A DNA stretch of 64,000 nucleotides, taken from positions 3,046,954 through 3,110,953 of the forward strand of contig CM120644.1 of NCBI GenBank assembly GCA_051362555.1, written 5' to 3'. The notes under the pieces were generated by a model. That model was not told the origin of the DNA, ran no database searches, and saw only the letters and a list, made by a program, of their open reading frames with translations. Both the position numbers and the translations under genes were made by a program. Each line of letters opens with the position of its first letter. Positions within the stretch are counted from its first letter, which is position 1. Positions 37,928 through 51,400 of this stretch are shown in pieces. The DNA is from Lingula anatina (lineage: Eukaryota > Animalia > Brachiopoda).

Positions 37928-40505
37928 AAAATGCAGTATTATCGAGTAGCATTGAAATATTAGAAGAATAAAATGGATTTTCCTAAGGATGAGTAATTCT
38001 CTCGCACTCACCATTCATTTTTCTACCCCCATTTGCACTTGGATTCGACCTTTAATAAAATTCATAAAGGTAGATTTCGTTTAAAAAGTCTGCCCAGTCA
38101 TTATAAGCAGCGACCGTCTTCCGAAGCTGTGATGGAAGTACCACCATCAGATACGCTGCAGATAAAATTATTTTTAAATAATTAAAAGAGGTAAAATCTT
38201 TTTTTTTTTTTTTTTTTGTAGTGCACCTTAAAACATAAGGTCAACAATGGCAAAGAATGGGGCTTAGAAACACTATCAATAATATAAGTGGGGTATTAAA
38301 ATTAAAGCCACTATTAATAAAAGAACTGATACTATGGCTACTGGCTACGGAAAAAATGGCTTCTGCATTATGAAAAATTAATTCTAGAAGGGTACAGGTA
38401 TCAACTAAATTTCTCACTTTCACCGGTCAGTTTGTCTTCCTGGCCGTGAAGACACACACTTGGATTAAATTTACCTGTGAAGTCAGATTGCCAACTTGAC
38501 CAGGGAACTCACTTGTCTCTTGAAATCATAGGCAGAGGTAAATGAAACCCGGTAACTTTCCTTTTTGTTTTCTTTTTTCAATTTTTTTTTTTTTTATGCT
38601 TCTGCGTTGACAGTTTTAATATTCATACAAGAGTTAAAGTGTACTCATATTGTATGTCATACTATGTAATACGTACTACTTAAGCATAAGGTCAATCGAA
38701 TTACTACTTTGTTTGAAATCTCCACTTATGATTTTCAGTCAGCCCTCTTTAGAAATTTTTCCCGAAATTCCTTCGGTTTGGGAGATATTTAGCATTTAAT
38801 TTGACAAATTTTGAACAAAGGTGCATTGCGACCAGCAACACAACTTGCCCCGTGCTTTGACAAAGTGGATCGAGTTGAGATTACATGTGACCTAAATCCA
38901 AGAGATGGGTACGCAGGCTCTTGTAGTCTTGGAGGAGAAGCGGTAACGGTGACATGGCGGCAGATCGGCGGACGAGACGGGTCGGAACTAAAACCAAATG
39001 TACAGCCAGTGTCTACGCTGGTGGTGCAAATAAATAAAATTACACAGTACACAAATGCGAGTCTTTTGATATAGGATACGTCATGCTTGAATAAATGAAT
39101 ATACATTTATGTACATTGATTAAGAGTTTTATACTTATATATGCAACATCGAACAAAAATAATGACTGTTTTCAGTGGGTTAAATGTGTATCTTAAAGAT
39201 ACTTGTACCTTTTAAATAATAAATTCCGCAAATAAGAACACTCTTAATGACTGGTACCATCAAAACTGAAAAGCAGGCTACCTAATAGTTCTATATTATT
39301 CAGAAAGAGCACCACAGATGCTACACAGAAATTTATGTCAATGATTCTAAAATAATGTATCTGAAACATTTTCTCCATTGAATATAAAGAGCCAATCAGC
39401 CATATGCCTCTTTTCTATACAGTGTTATCATTAATGATCACACAAACTTTGTGTGGGCACATTTTGTTCATTTTAATTGACAGATGCATTTAACAGCTAG
39501 GCAAGTTCGTCAGCCAATTAACTGTCAGCTTTGTCATAACACATTTACCTGAGAGGTGTTCAAGTCACACAGTTTTTAGTCAGCTGCAGGCACTTAAGCA
39601 GTCTGTTTCATGTTTGATAGTCAGTAATTTTACCAAAACTTGTTTAGCCTTATTTCATACATATTTTATTTAAAATAAAAGACATAAATGGCTATATGTA
39701 AAGGCGGGTATGCTGCCAAGAAGGACATAAGAACAAAATAAGAACAAAATATTATATAAATTAATCTTACAGTGTTGATAGGTAACCATCACATATCCCC
39801 TCCTCTTCACTATAGACATACTTGTCTGTCATGATCACCATGCAGAGACTCATATTGGCCATCCTTAACCCCGGGACAGTCAATAGGGATATTTCAGCAG
39901 TGTTGATAGGCCAATTATTTGATAACTTATATTCTATTCTAAAATATTGTCAGTCGAAATCTGATCCCTATGAAGATTGAATCAGTTTGTAGTAAGACTA
40001 TCATATAGAGAAAAATTGAAACAGAAATCTCTAAAATCGTGGTTTCTATCGCGAGATAGAGATTACCACAAACTCACAGACGAGCAAACTGATATACATG
40101 CGGTATTCTTTGTGCAAGCAATAGATTAATAAATGAATGAATGTATATTGTTGTTGAGAAGTCGTCTGCAGCTGTTGTTCCCTGTATACCATCATTATCT
40201 AGTATCTATTATAAGTGTCATTACAAATCTTCTGAAATCATAATAAATGTATGCATAGAAAGGTAAATTGTCAAACATGCTTGTGCGCCACTGCTACCAG
40301 TATTTCACTTCTTAAATATCTAAAAGCAAAAATGATGGGTCTTCTGCTCACTCTAAAGTTAAGTGTCAAAATGTCTCGCCAAAATTCTGAGATAATTAAC
40401 TTACAATGCTAAACTGCTGTTAGTAATGAAATAATAGCAAAGTAGGTGAAGAAGTCATCATCGACCACGTCAAAGAGCAACAAAAACTAGTCCTGTACTT
40501 TCAAG

Positions 40506-41960
40506 TCATTCATGGTGAAGATTTGAACACATTATTTTTTTCTTAATCTTGGTGCAGTTTTGCGCGGGGCCAACTATATCTGTTGCGTGGTAACAGCCTT
40601 TGATTTCTCCATTTCCATATTGAAACTCGAGAAGCTCGCGTTTGGTGTAAACTTTTGACGTTTTTGGCTCTTCGTGCACCTTTTCACATAAACCGCACCA
40701 ATTCATGTAGCGGGATTCCAATGGTCTGGTTGACACGTGGGTGTTTTTCCACTCTAAGTACGGAAGATACAGGGAGTCGTTCTTATCTAATAAAAGAAGG
40801 TATTTTGCTAGCTCTTTAGGTGATGAGAAATTTGATGTGTCAATATGCATTTCTGGTCTTATTCCAAACCGTGAATAGTCGACACCGCTTCTCGTTACCA
40901 GGACGACATCCAAGTGCCACGCTCTGAAAAATTTCTCTGTCAGGTAGTCCACTGCAAAACTGTTTTCAAAGGCCAGATAGAATTTGTAGGTAGCATTCAC
41001 GTAACTCCAACACGATATACACGGTCTTCCACAATCACCCAGAATATCGACATCAATATATTTCATCAACTCTGCCACGTACTCCTCTCTCCTACTCCAA
41101 GTGATACAATCACTCACAACCCAAGCCACAAGTTTAGTTTTCAATTTAACACTAGCAGAGTAGTTTCGTTTTAAAGGTTTGTCACGTCTTATTACCATAC
41201 CATAAGGTGACCATATATCTGAATCCTTTCTGTAAGTAAAAGTCCAGTTAAACGAATTAAGAAGCATCTCTTTATTTGAATGCCTGTATATATTTGTGTG
41301 ACAAGGTGGCTCCATGGCCAAAAATGCCCATACCTGGTGGCTAGGTTTCACATTTGGAATTTCACATTTTGGTTCTACTCCCTGACATTCATTTTTAAAC
41401 GCTTGAGCGGCAATGTTAAATATGATGGCATCAGCGGATTTTGACTGTCTTCGATCCGTAGACATTGAACAAGCATTTATAGGGCACGAGCGAAATGGAT
41501 GACCGAACTTTTCTTTGCAAAAATTCTGATAGCCGTTCCAAAACAGAATAACCTTCTCTCTAACCGGGTGCACCTTGTTATGGGTAAGAAAACCGATCTG
41601 CTGTCTTGCCACATTGATGGCACTTAAGTTTTGATCCAACCTGAAACTGGAACTCGCTGTCTGCTTGTGCTGCTGTAAATCTGTTTCATATATATTTGCC
41701 ATAGAAGATCGATCTGTTGTCTTAGGATCAATCTGGTCTGTAGTAGGTAGGTCTATTTTACCTCCGACCATGCTATACCCATTGTCTTGGCGTCGGACGG
41801 CTCTTAGTTTCAGATTATTTTTGTCGGGTCGAGAATTCTCCTTGAATGAATTGCTGATATCCAGCATCAATATACCATAATGAACAATGAGGACGCTGAA
41901 CACTGTCCAGCAAGATATGACGAGAAATATATTGAAAAACACGCAGTTCGTGCTTGGCAT
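40506..41960 (-). CDS. Alpha-1,3-fucosyltransferase (GT10), copy 4, 484 aa
   Basis: Intact ORF with ATG, type II TM and YKFYLAFENSFAVDYLTEKF. Confidence 0.93.
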   Translation of the reverse strand: MPSTNCVFFNIFLVISCWTVFSVLIVHYGILMLDISNSFKENSRPDKNNLKLRAVRRQDNGYSMVGGKIDLPTTDQIDPKTTDRSSMANIYETDLQQHKQTASSSFRLDQNLSAINVARQQIGFLTHNKVHPVREKVILFWNGYQNFCKEKFGHPFRSCPINACSMSTDRRQSKSADAIIFNIAAQAFKNECQGVEPKCEIPNVKPSHQVWAFLAMEPPCHTNIYRHSNKEMLLNSFNWTFTYRKDSDIWSPYGMVIRRDKPLKRNYSASVKLKTKLVAWVVSDCITWSRREEYVAELMKYIDVDILGDCGRPCISCWSYVNATYKFYLAFENSFAVDYLTEKFFRAWHLDVVLVTRSGVDYSRFGIRPEMHIDTSNFSSPKELAKYLLLLDKNDSLYLPYLEWKNTHVSTRPLESRYMNWCGLCEKVHEEPKTSKVYTKRELLEFQYGNGEIKGCYHATDIVGPAQNCTKIKKKIMCSNLHHE

Positions 41961-42229
41961 TTTGTTCCTACCAACAGTGTGTATATGAGCTTATATTTTC
42001 ATAGCACTATATATATAATGGATATCCTAACTTCAATCACAAATGCATTAGTGTAGGAATACCGGCATGATACATGGTGGCGTAATTATAACAGTGATGA
42101 TCAGCAACTAAATTTGTCATTTTTGTGTATTTAGCCAAAGCTGTTTCAAAGGTCGGGTACAATCTGAAGGCAACAGGTTGTCTTTGTTAAATTGTAGCAA
42201 CAAAACCGTACGAGCAATGGGTTCCGTTT

Positions 42230-42360
42230 CCCGGTGGTATGTTCTGGATGCCCTGGGCGTGGCCTGTGTTTAGGTACACCCACTTTGGGCAACCTCTGTA
42301 AGACTGTGCGGAGCGTTCCTTGAACAATAATCTGTCTGGCTATGTCCATTTGCTCTGGCG
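42230..42360 (-). mobile_element. Degenerate Tc1/mariner transposase N-terminal HTH fragment
   Basis: MDIARQIIVQGTLRTVLQRLPKVGVPKHRPRPGHPEHTT resembles the Tc1 pattern xxIAxxLxxSxxTVxxxxxRxxxxGxxxxRPRxGRPRKTT. Confidence 0.5.
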
Positions 42361-43119
42361 CAGAGCAACTATGTTTTATCACACTGCTTCTCTAATGTTA
42401 CGCACTTGTATGTAAACATTTCAAAATCTTCTGTACAGGCATTGCCAAAATATTTAGACTAACTTTACTGAACCATGCTCTGCCATAGTCATAGTTGGAC
42501 CAGCCCAAAAGGGTACTGCCCACAGAAATCACCACACGTTACGTAACGAAGCGGTCCTTCAGACAAGGCAGTCAGTTAATTGTTACTGACACACTTCACT
42601 ACTCATTTTCTATTCTAATAATTCACGTGAAATACACGTTTGAGAAATAAATAATACATTTTAACCTAGGCATACTTTTGAAAGGAAAATATTCCATATT
42701 AAATGTCAAGCCTGTAGGTTGTATGCCTTTCATTTCTTTAGATTAGACACCTTTTGTTTCTGATTTTGAATGCTGATCTTAAATACTGATCTTGTGTATA
42801 AATTTAAGAATGTTAAAGAGTTAGAACCCTTCAATGCAAATGTGCAAAATAATATAGCATTTACAGTCAATTTACAGGCCACTGAATATACATCCATAAA
42901 GGGCATATCATTATTGTAGAATCCTGAAATGACCTGAAATAGTGACCCATGCGTAAAAAAGCATTACGAATGGTAAATTGCATTATATATGAATATATTA
43001 ACGTAAGTTTTGCGTTTGTCCAACATCGCACTTTCATGAATGAAACATGTGTTTACATTACAAACATAAAATATATATATGACTCTTATCAAATTGAGTC
43101 TAGCTCAGCATGTACTTAA

Positions 43120-43396
43120 AGGGATAATAACTCTTCGTTTTGGCCAAAAAATGAATTTTCCTGGAGTAAACAACAATTTTCCCATACTTACCAATGGTTA
43201 ATGAATCCATTTTTACATTCAAAGTTAGTCCCAGTTTTTTTTCTAATTTTTTTGTTATAATCTCTTAAGAGATTATAACAGAGTATAGCCGTCAATGGAG
43301 GTCACATGGTTTAAAGACAAGCTCAGATATCAGAAATAATACCTATAACTGCCGCTTTTGTGGTACAACAGTATGTATTATAGAGTTATTATCCCT
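43120..43396. mobile_element. 277-bp Kolobok-like MITE
   Basis: TTAA|AGGGATAATAACTC...GAGTTATTATCCCT|TTAA: perfect 14-bp TIR and TTAA TSD. Confidence 0.88.
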
Positions 43397-45925
43397 TTAA
43401 AGTACTTTAATATACTACAAATAAATGTCAGAGAATCCCTTTTTATAATATAACAAAAATAAATTTTGTTTAAGGAAACTGTGAAAACCACTCCAAAACA
43501 TACATGTATGATTTACCTGAAAATCATGAAATATCCAAATGTGTATGTGTGTGTGTGTGTGCGTGCGAATGCATGCGTGCGCATGCAGGGGTGTAATCTC
43601 ACAGCACCATCATAGACTGATTAAAGGTTATCATGGTAAAGCATAAATGGGGTAAAAACAGAATAAAACTAAACTGGCTGAAACTAGACAAACAGTTTTA
43701 AACCTTACCTTGAGATGTAGGTGTAAAAAAGGTTGAACTATCTCTGCAATTTGTTGATGCTTAAATGTGGAGCCTCAAACATTAGATGCCGATGCCAATT
43801 GTTTTATCACAGATATCCTGTACAGTTTCTTGACAGCATGATTGAAAATAATCCCCTTTCGCGAAGGAACTTGGAATTCCTTTTATTCAAAACAAAGGTG
43901 TACAAAATAATATTTGTCAATTTTGATGCAATATAACAATGCTAAACATTATTATCACCATCAATTTTTTAAAAGTATCATATATAAAGCTATCATGGAT
44001 ATTCAGAAAATTTGATTTGTAAAAGTATTCAGGACCAAGGAGGTTCAAAGTCAAAACATGAAAATAAATATTTTCGCACAAGAAAGCATAACATCAAGAA
44101 AATAATCGTATTAAGCTGTTTTTGGAACTAGGCCTGTATTTTAGTGATATCAAACTTCTGTAAGTAAGTTTGAAGACGATAGATTTCCTTGAGATGTGTT
44201 ATTGAGATGAATAAAATATGCTTTATAGAGTGAAAAATGGCAAAACTTTCTGAAAAATGGTTTGACCAAACTGGTTTTGGAACTAGGCCTATTTTTGGAA
44301 CTAGACAAAGTGTCCCGTCCATGTTTCTAAAGAAAGCAGTGAAGTGCCATTGTGCACTAATGTATGTTTAATTTTTATATACAGACACATCATGCCTGTA
44401 CATATAGCCATCAAAATTTTAACATTTTACAATTTTCGAGGGATTTTTGTGAAATATAAAATGTTTGACATACTAGTTGTTTAACAAAAATGTTATAGAA
44501 GAACTAGGAATAAAATGATTGAGGTTTTTACTGATATATCACATCACATAATATCTTCATAAAACATGCACATCTTAGCTATCATTACCCTTATAGTAAT
44601 TAGAGCCTTCTGGCTGGCAATGGAGCAGTCACAAATTACATGCATATGGCACCAGGTGTTGATCTACAGGTCATTAGTTGAACATCCAGGTGTTAAATTA
44701 AGGTTATAGGCTGTTTTATTGATTATCTCCATTGTAATTGGTTTTGTATTAGGTTGATTTTGATGTACAGACTCAGCGTGTTTCTGTATTAAGCCGCACC
44801 TGCACCTGTCATCTCCGTCGTCGTTAACCTTTTAACCGTCTGTCTTCAAACTAACAAAACCGAAATAAATTATTTAAAAAAACTAGTTTAAAATCAGACC
44901 ATTTTTGTTGTTTTTCAAGGCATACATTGTAGTATGTGCCATACAGAAAACATATGAAGCAAAGAACTGGTTGGCAACTATCTTCAAATATACAGGAGGG
45001 GTTGATATTATTACAATACTAGTTGAGTTTTAAAAAATAACCCAGTTTAGAATATGTGTCTTAAAGCTTTGCTGTTTTTGTGGAATCCTCCTTTTCCACA
45101 TTACATGTAGTTTAATTGTGCTATATGGACTCATGGGTTGATCTGTACATTTAATTGCCCCTTGGGTAATTTCATAGCTTTTTATAACCACTTGCCATAT
45201 TAATTATCAACTGGCCGTTAAATGAGATTACACAAAACACACAAGTTGGTAGTGACTTTGGACTCCCACAGGTTTAGCCATGTACCAGATGCACTGTTGT
45301 GTACTGTCAATATTTATGCTATAGATGAATAACAGTTCTGTGGTGACTCATTGTATGCTAATACAGCTAAATTTAATGTTTCAATGGCGGCTATATTGGG
45401 ATTGTTTATGCTTTTTCATTTTTCATTTTTCAAACCCTGGCATTTCAAGATGTGACTTTTCACTCCCATCCACTTGAGCCCCGAACTAGCAACATTTTTT
45501 TTTTATTTTTTCACACAAGCAATAGCAATGGTGCTTATGCTGTTAAGCATTATGTAATATTATTTTGTACACTGTCATCAATATTCATATATTGGTATTT
45601 TTTTGGAATCTGACCTCCCATGGGCCTGAAGTTACACTCTACAAAAAAGTTCAGAAACATCGTTATTATAATTATACAATAATCATATGTGGTAAGGTAA
45701 ATATTTAAACCAAATTTCGAAGGATAATTCAACCACCATTCGTTACTTTTTGAAAAGGAAAGGAATTCGGTGGGAATTACAGCGAATGTGGGGTCGAACT
45801 TCATTTTCACAAATCGTACAAGTGGAGTAACGAAGTTTGAAGTTGAAGCAAGTCTTGACAATAAACAGTAAAACTCTTTATTTTACAAATACAGTATGTA
45901 AGGTACAGTTAAAATAAAACCTTGA

Positions 45926-46078
45926 GGTTGCTCAGCATCAGTATCGTGTGAAGCCCCCACTGTGTATTATCGAGTCGTGCTCAAACTTTGTCACTCTGTT
46001 TGCATTCCCATGACAAAGTGTGAGCAAATCTTGAAAATAAACAGTGGAGGTCTCCTACATTACTGTTGCTGAGCAACC
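45926..46078. mobile_element. 153-bp foldback element with TTAA-like flanks
   Basis: TTGA|GGTTGCTCAGCATCAGTA...TACTGTTGCTGAGCAACC|TTAA. Imperfect pairing continues to the centre (CTTTGTCA/TGACAAAG). Confidence 0.75.
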
Positions 46079-46632
46079 TTAAGACTTTAAATGTACGACT
46101 CCTCTATTAAAATTGCTGTGTTAATCGTACTTTGTCCTTGTTCGGTGGTAATAAAATATCAAGAAGAGGGAACAGGCTCCTCCGTGTTAGAGTTACATAT
46201 GAAGCGAGCGTGGATTCCCTATAAGCCATATAAACTACTTTTACCTCTTTCATACGACTGAAATAAAAGAGTAGCCATAAAAGAGCTTTAAAACTGCACC
46301 TTCTTTAAATTTCTTGCTGTAAATTGATCTATTTATCCGCCCCTACAGTTCGTAAAAGTCGTAAACGTCGTATAAATGTATGGCGCATTACTGCTGCTCG
46401 CGCTGTCCATTCCAATCCATTTTATGGGAAATATGAAGCGTTGCCTTATGGTTTATCTTAATGTTAACTAGGTGTCATTTGGTAGGGTTTATGGCAAAAA
46501 AAAATTTGACATCAAATGCATCTCAAAACACGCGTATTCTTATTTTTTCACTTATTGCGAATGATGTCCAGGACATCTGAGCACACTCCATGCAGATTTT
46601 GCTGTGTTATGAACATTGATGGGTTGCTACTT

Positions 46633-48384
46633 CTAATACGATGTGTCCAGCACACTGATTGGTTGCTCGTAATAATCGTCATCACTATGCACAGGTCGAT
46701 ACTGGAATGTTCCGTTGTGGTTATGATTGTTCATATCTGCAGGTGGATAGACGGCGACACGATCTTCTTCGCCTTCAATGACGCTCCCGTTCCAAGGATC
46801 CTCTTCTTCTTCTTTCATGAGCCGTTCAAGTTCTTCGTGAGTTTTTCTCTTGAAGAAGCCACACTGAAAAAGCAGAGAAGACCAATAATTATGCAGTTCC
46901 ATTATTGCAATGGAACCATTGTTGGTTTTGTCAAAAAAAAAAAGCCTAAATGCCTTTGTTTGACTTGTGCCCTTTCAGCATAAGATTTAGGCACGCAAAA
47001 TGATATCGGAATCAACCCATCCTATCCCTGCAACTCCCTGCTGCCCTAGTAAAAAAGGGGTTCGATTTATTGAATTTGTTTAAAATATTGAATAATCATA
47101 TTCTATTATATGAACTTTGGCTTGTTTGAATATCGCTTGACCCACCAACAATGGCATATATATTTACCTTTTGGTTTATTTAAGGTTCTGGTACAATGTA
47201 AATTTTACGCCCCTAAATATTCTTGTGACACAGAAAAACGTTAAAAGTGGATTTTAAGCCTCTCTTACACTGAGCTGGGGACCGCCTGGAGAACGAATTT
47301 TATCCACTCTCTCCCCCTTCAAAATTGGGGCTTTCACAGTGTACATCAAAATATTTCATACAAATTTCGTTTTAAGTAACATTTTATGTGTGAGAGTGAG
47401 CCAATTTTTTTCTCCAAGCGGTGTAACAGGAGGCTCTTTCACTTACCCTCCAAAGTATAAGCACCAGGATCAACAGCAGTAGTATCCCGACGGAAATACT
47501 GACGCCGAGTACCCAGCTCTTAATGCCCTCTGGAGCGGCCAAATCCGACGGATGGACAGGGGTAGACACTCGAACCGACCGTTCCAAGGAGTTAACGTCC
47601 AACAGACGCGGATGACGACCCTTTAACGTCACCTCCGACACTATGGAGAATCCATCAGCTGACACCTGGTGAGGATAAACAAATTGAATGAATATTTAAA
47701 TGAATGGATTATTGAGTGAGTGATTAGGTGAGCGTGAAGAATCATTGCTGTCGGTTCATAATTACTTTCAACAAGAGTGTTTTTGCCTTTGTTGGTTTGT
47801 TAGCTAACGGCCTCACAGAAAAAAATCATAGACGGATTAACATTAATTTTCAGGATATATCACTAACAGACTTCCTTGAATCAAAAACACTTTGCTAGCG
47901 ATACACCAATTTATGGATTGATTACTTATAAGAGGTAAACTGCCCTAGGGCAGGTCTGAGATCTCTGAGTGTTTCTCTAGTTCCATATGTTATCTTAACG
48001 GTTCGATGACAATAGATTTCAGTTTTACCGTGTAATGCTGCAGCTGCCCAAAGAGAACACTGGCCGCTATGGTGAGTAACACACTCTCCCCTGCCCGCAG
48101 GTTAGAGATAGCACAGGTATAGTTCCAGCACTCTCCAGATACACGGCAGCTCTGAAACGGTACAGAGGGTTTGGTAAGAACGGTTTGTATATTTCCATAT
48201 GATACAGGATAATCGCGGACTTGTCATTTTTTTGGGTAGCGTGTCAAGTTTAGGGGGCAGTGCCGGAGTATTGGAATTAGTCAACGGGAATCTAAAACCA
48301 AGTGTGGAAATAACACATAAACCCTACAGATAGGGATGAAAAGAGGTAGAAAAAATAGAGAGAGAGAAATAGAGAGAGGAAAAG

Positions 48385-48452
<68 letters not shown>

Positions 48453-51400
48453 TCTGTATGTGTGTGCGTGAGGGAGAGTCTTGTGTGCATATGTGTGTGT
48501 TTGACAGAGATGTACGTCTCGGCTTACATGTTCCGTCAACTTTGGTGCCACGTAATCAACCTCAGACCAAGACCACTTTTTCCCAGCGCTGGCAGACACC
48601 GGCACCACTATAATATCGTCCTCCACTCCCTCATCTGGCGTCTCGTCTGTCGGCATAGCAACCGTTGGAAGTGTCATGAAGTCTGGGGTGAATGCCCCAG
48701 GAATAGTGGGTAGGGTAGCAAGTGACCCGGACTCACTAGCTTGGCCGGATGGCAGAAAACACGACAGGCCTTTGTCTGCCATCACATTATCGTTTTCAAG
48801 CTGGAATGCAAGTTGAATCTTCATTTAAATAAGTGAATAAATATAAGCAGGCATCCAGATAAGAAAGCATTACTAAAAAATTATTTCTCAACTTAACTAA
48901 TGTTACCATGTTAACGAGTTCTTCTTGGTTACTAAGATTACCAAATATGGTCAACTGAAGGAAAACGCAGCATCACAATGTTGAATCAATTTTTGTACAG
49001 ATAAAGATTTAAGAAAAACCTGTAGATATATTTCTCTAAATTGTGTTTATTTACTTTAAGGAACGACGTACTTGCATTTTTACATACTTATAAAGAAAAA
49101 TTTTACTCGTAAAAGACTGACTTTTATTTAAAATATATAATTAGTCAAACCACAAAACAGCAATGTGTGCTTGGCAACGTGTAACTAGTGATTTAAATTT
49201 ATTTTAAACCTCGACAAAAGAATATAAATAAATCCAAGCCACAATGGTAGTCTTTTGACATTTAAGAATTCAAATAAAACATTGTAGGCAGGATCAAAGC
49301 TGTTTACATAACGCAAGGGGGGGGGGGGGGATCTGATAAAACATTCCAAATTTAGCGCGCAAAAGTTATTTCTATCATATAACACTGGCAGTTTCCTCTC
49401 TGCAGTAAAAAAGTATATAAAGACTACCTCAACCACATCTAGATACAGCAGACGATCACCGTGCTCCGTTGTCTTGGGAACCAGCACCTCCAAGACCGCC
49501 TCAGGAAGAGGACTCGGTCCGAGGTTTCTTATGTCAACTCTTTGTGTGAACTCGACAAACTTATCACCTTTCACGTCCTGTTTAGTGTATGTGATCTGTT
49601 CAGGATTCGAGGCGCTAGAAATAAAAATATTTAAAATAAAATAAAATATTTCAATGTATTGAAAAACAACCTCCATTCGTTTAAGGTTACACCATAGTTT
49701 CAAAGAAACAACTTATTAATGTTTCTTATCTTACATCTTACAAAGACATTCTACTATAAATCACAAGATAAAGATTGAAAAAGCAGGAAGAATCAGCTAA
49801 ACATTATTTACCCCGTGAGTGAAGAAATTACGTGGAATTTGACTGGTATGGTGTCTATAGCAACGTTGTTGGCCAATGACACGTTGGCCTCAACACTTCC
49901 GGTTCTGACGAGGCTTTCTATTTTCAACTGGCGTGTCTCAAATCTCAGTTTTGAAGCATCCAGGTACACAACTAATTCAACGTCCCCATTGGCTGGTATC
50001 GGATTCCCAATGTCGCAGATGATTTGTACAGTGGCGTTGACATCGCTATTGTTAAGACTAACGTAAAGTGGCGTGTCGATATAATCGTCTGACTGCATTG
50101 GGGAGCACGTGACTGTGACGTCATTTTTGTCTGAGCCAACAACTTTCACAAACTCGATCTTAAAATAACAATGATACAAAATTATTCCACCTGCAAAAAC
50201 TCCCCCATTTCTTCCACACAAGCGTAAGTATAAAATAAAATGTAAAAACAGACAATATATAACGTGTACATAACATGATGCCATGTCAAATATACGAATA
50301 TGGCGTATGGGAAGTGAATCATATTTCAAAATCACACAACTCTGAGCTTGTTCTTCATTTTAATTCTCCTAAGAATATCGTTAGATACAGGTATATCTCG
50401 ATGGTACATTTTACACCCATACCGGTATTTGCTTATATTTCCTATTTCTGATCGAGTCCATACCTTAAATTTGAACCGTAAACAAAACAGTATAACCCAC
50501 CCTTTTCCTGGATCAGTAAAGGTCTGGTGCTCAAAACACCTCTTTGCTTTTTATTTTTACTTGAGCTCAGCGTGCACTGCTGGCTTGAGTTGAAGTACTC
50601 GCATCGATCTTGGCGAGTTTTCATTTTATAGTAAGCAGGTTCATTAGTATCTTTAAAGATAAAGAGAGTGTAGGGCTCAACTCCGGAGATGGCAGTAGCC
50701 ATCAGGATGGGCCGGGCTATACTGCTCAGTACTTACCACAGGGTGATGAGATATAATAACTTCGGTACCGTAAGCGGCCTCGCCGTTATTTTTCACGTGC
50801 AGGTGCACTTGTAAAGGTGCCTCAGAACCCAAAAGGAACACAGATTCGTGGCCAGGTAGCGACACTGAGGACTGCAGCTGGAGGTCCGTGTGACAGAGGT
50901 TATCCGAGCCACACTGGTGCAGGAAATGTAACTGAAATGAACGGATAACGAATAACTAACGGATAACTGAGGAATTTGTTAGTGTTAATCTGGGGGTGGG
51001 AGGTGACTGTCTGCTACACAGAACGCTTCATTGTAGAAGTCGAAATACATGTACATGCACTTATAAGGAAGGGAGAAAATATTTGGGAACTCTAGCGAAA
51101 CATTAATATACTTGATACACATACATGTAGATACTGATTTGCACGTTATTATTGACAATCTCTGTAAAAGTTACCCGAAAAAACAAGTTATGCTGCAGAC
51201 AAACATGAACACCTGCATCTCCGTAATGAGCTCAGATGGCGCTACCAGCTAACTAAACGGGGAGAACAGACCCTATGATTTTAAAAAGTTCATGTTATCG
51301 CTCAAAAGCACTGTTAATTTTAGTTGAACAAACCAATGTGGACGCAAAAACATGGGAGTTATTATAATAGTCAAAAGTCGTGTCATTTGCTCTTCAAACT

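Larger units (their letters stand above)
33011..40505. repeat. Segmental tandem duplication of the inter-FucT spacer
   Basis: 33011-33730 matches 37508-38410, and ~34580-36081 matches ~38960-40505. Confidence 0.9.

Noticed and set aside
46516-46983. 155-aa plus-strand ORF
   Set aside because: Antisense shadow of the integrin last exon, with no recognisable motif.
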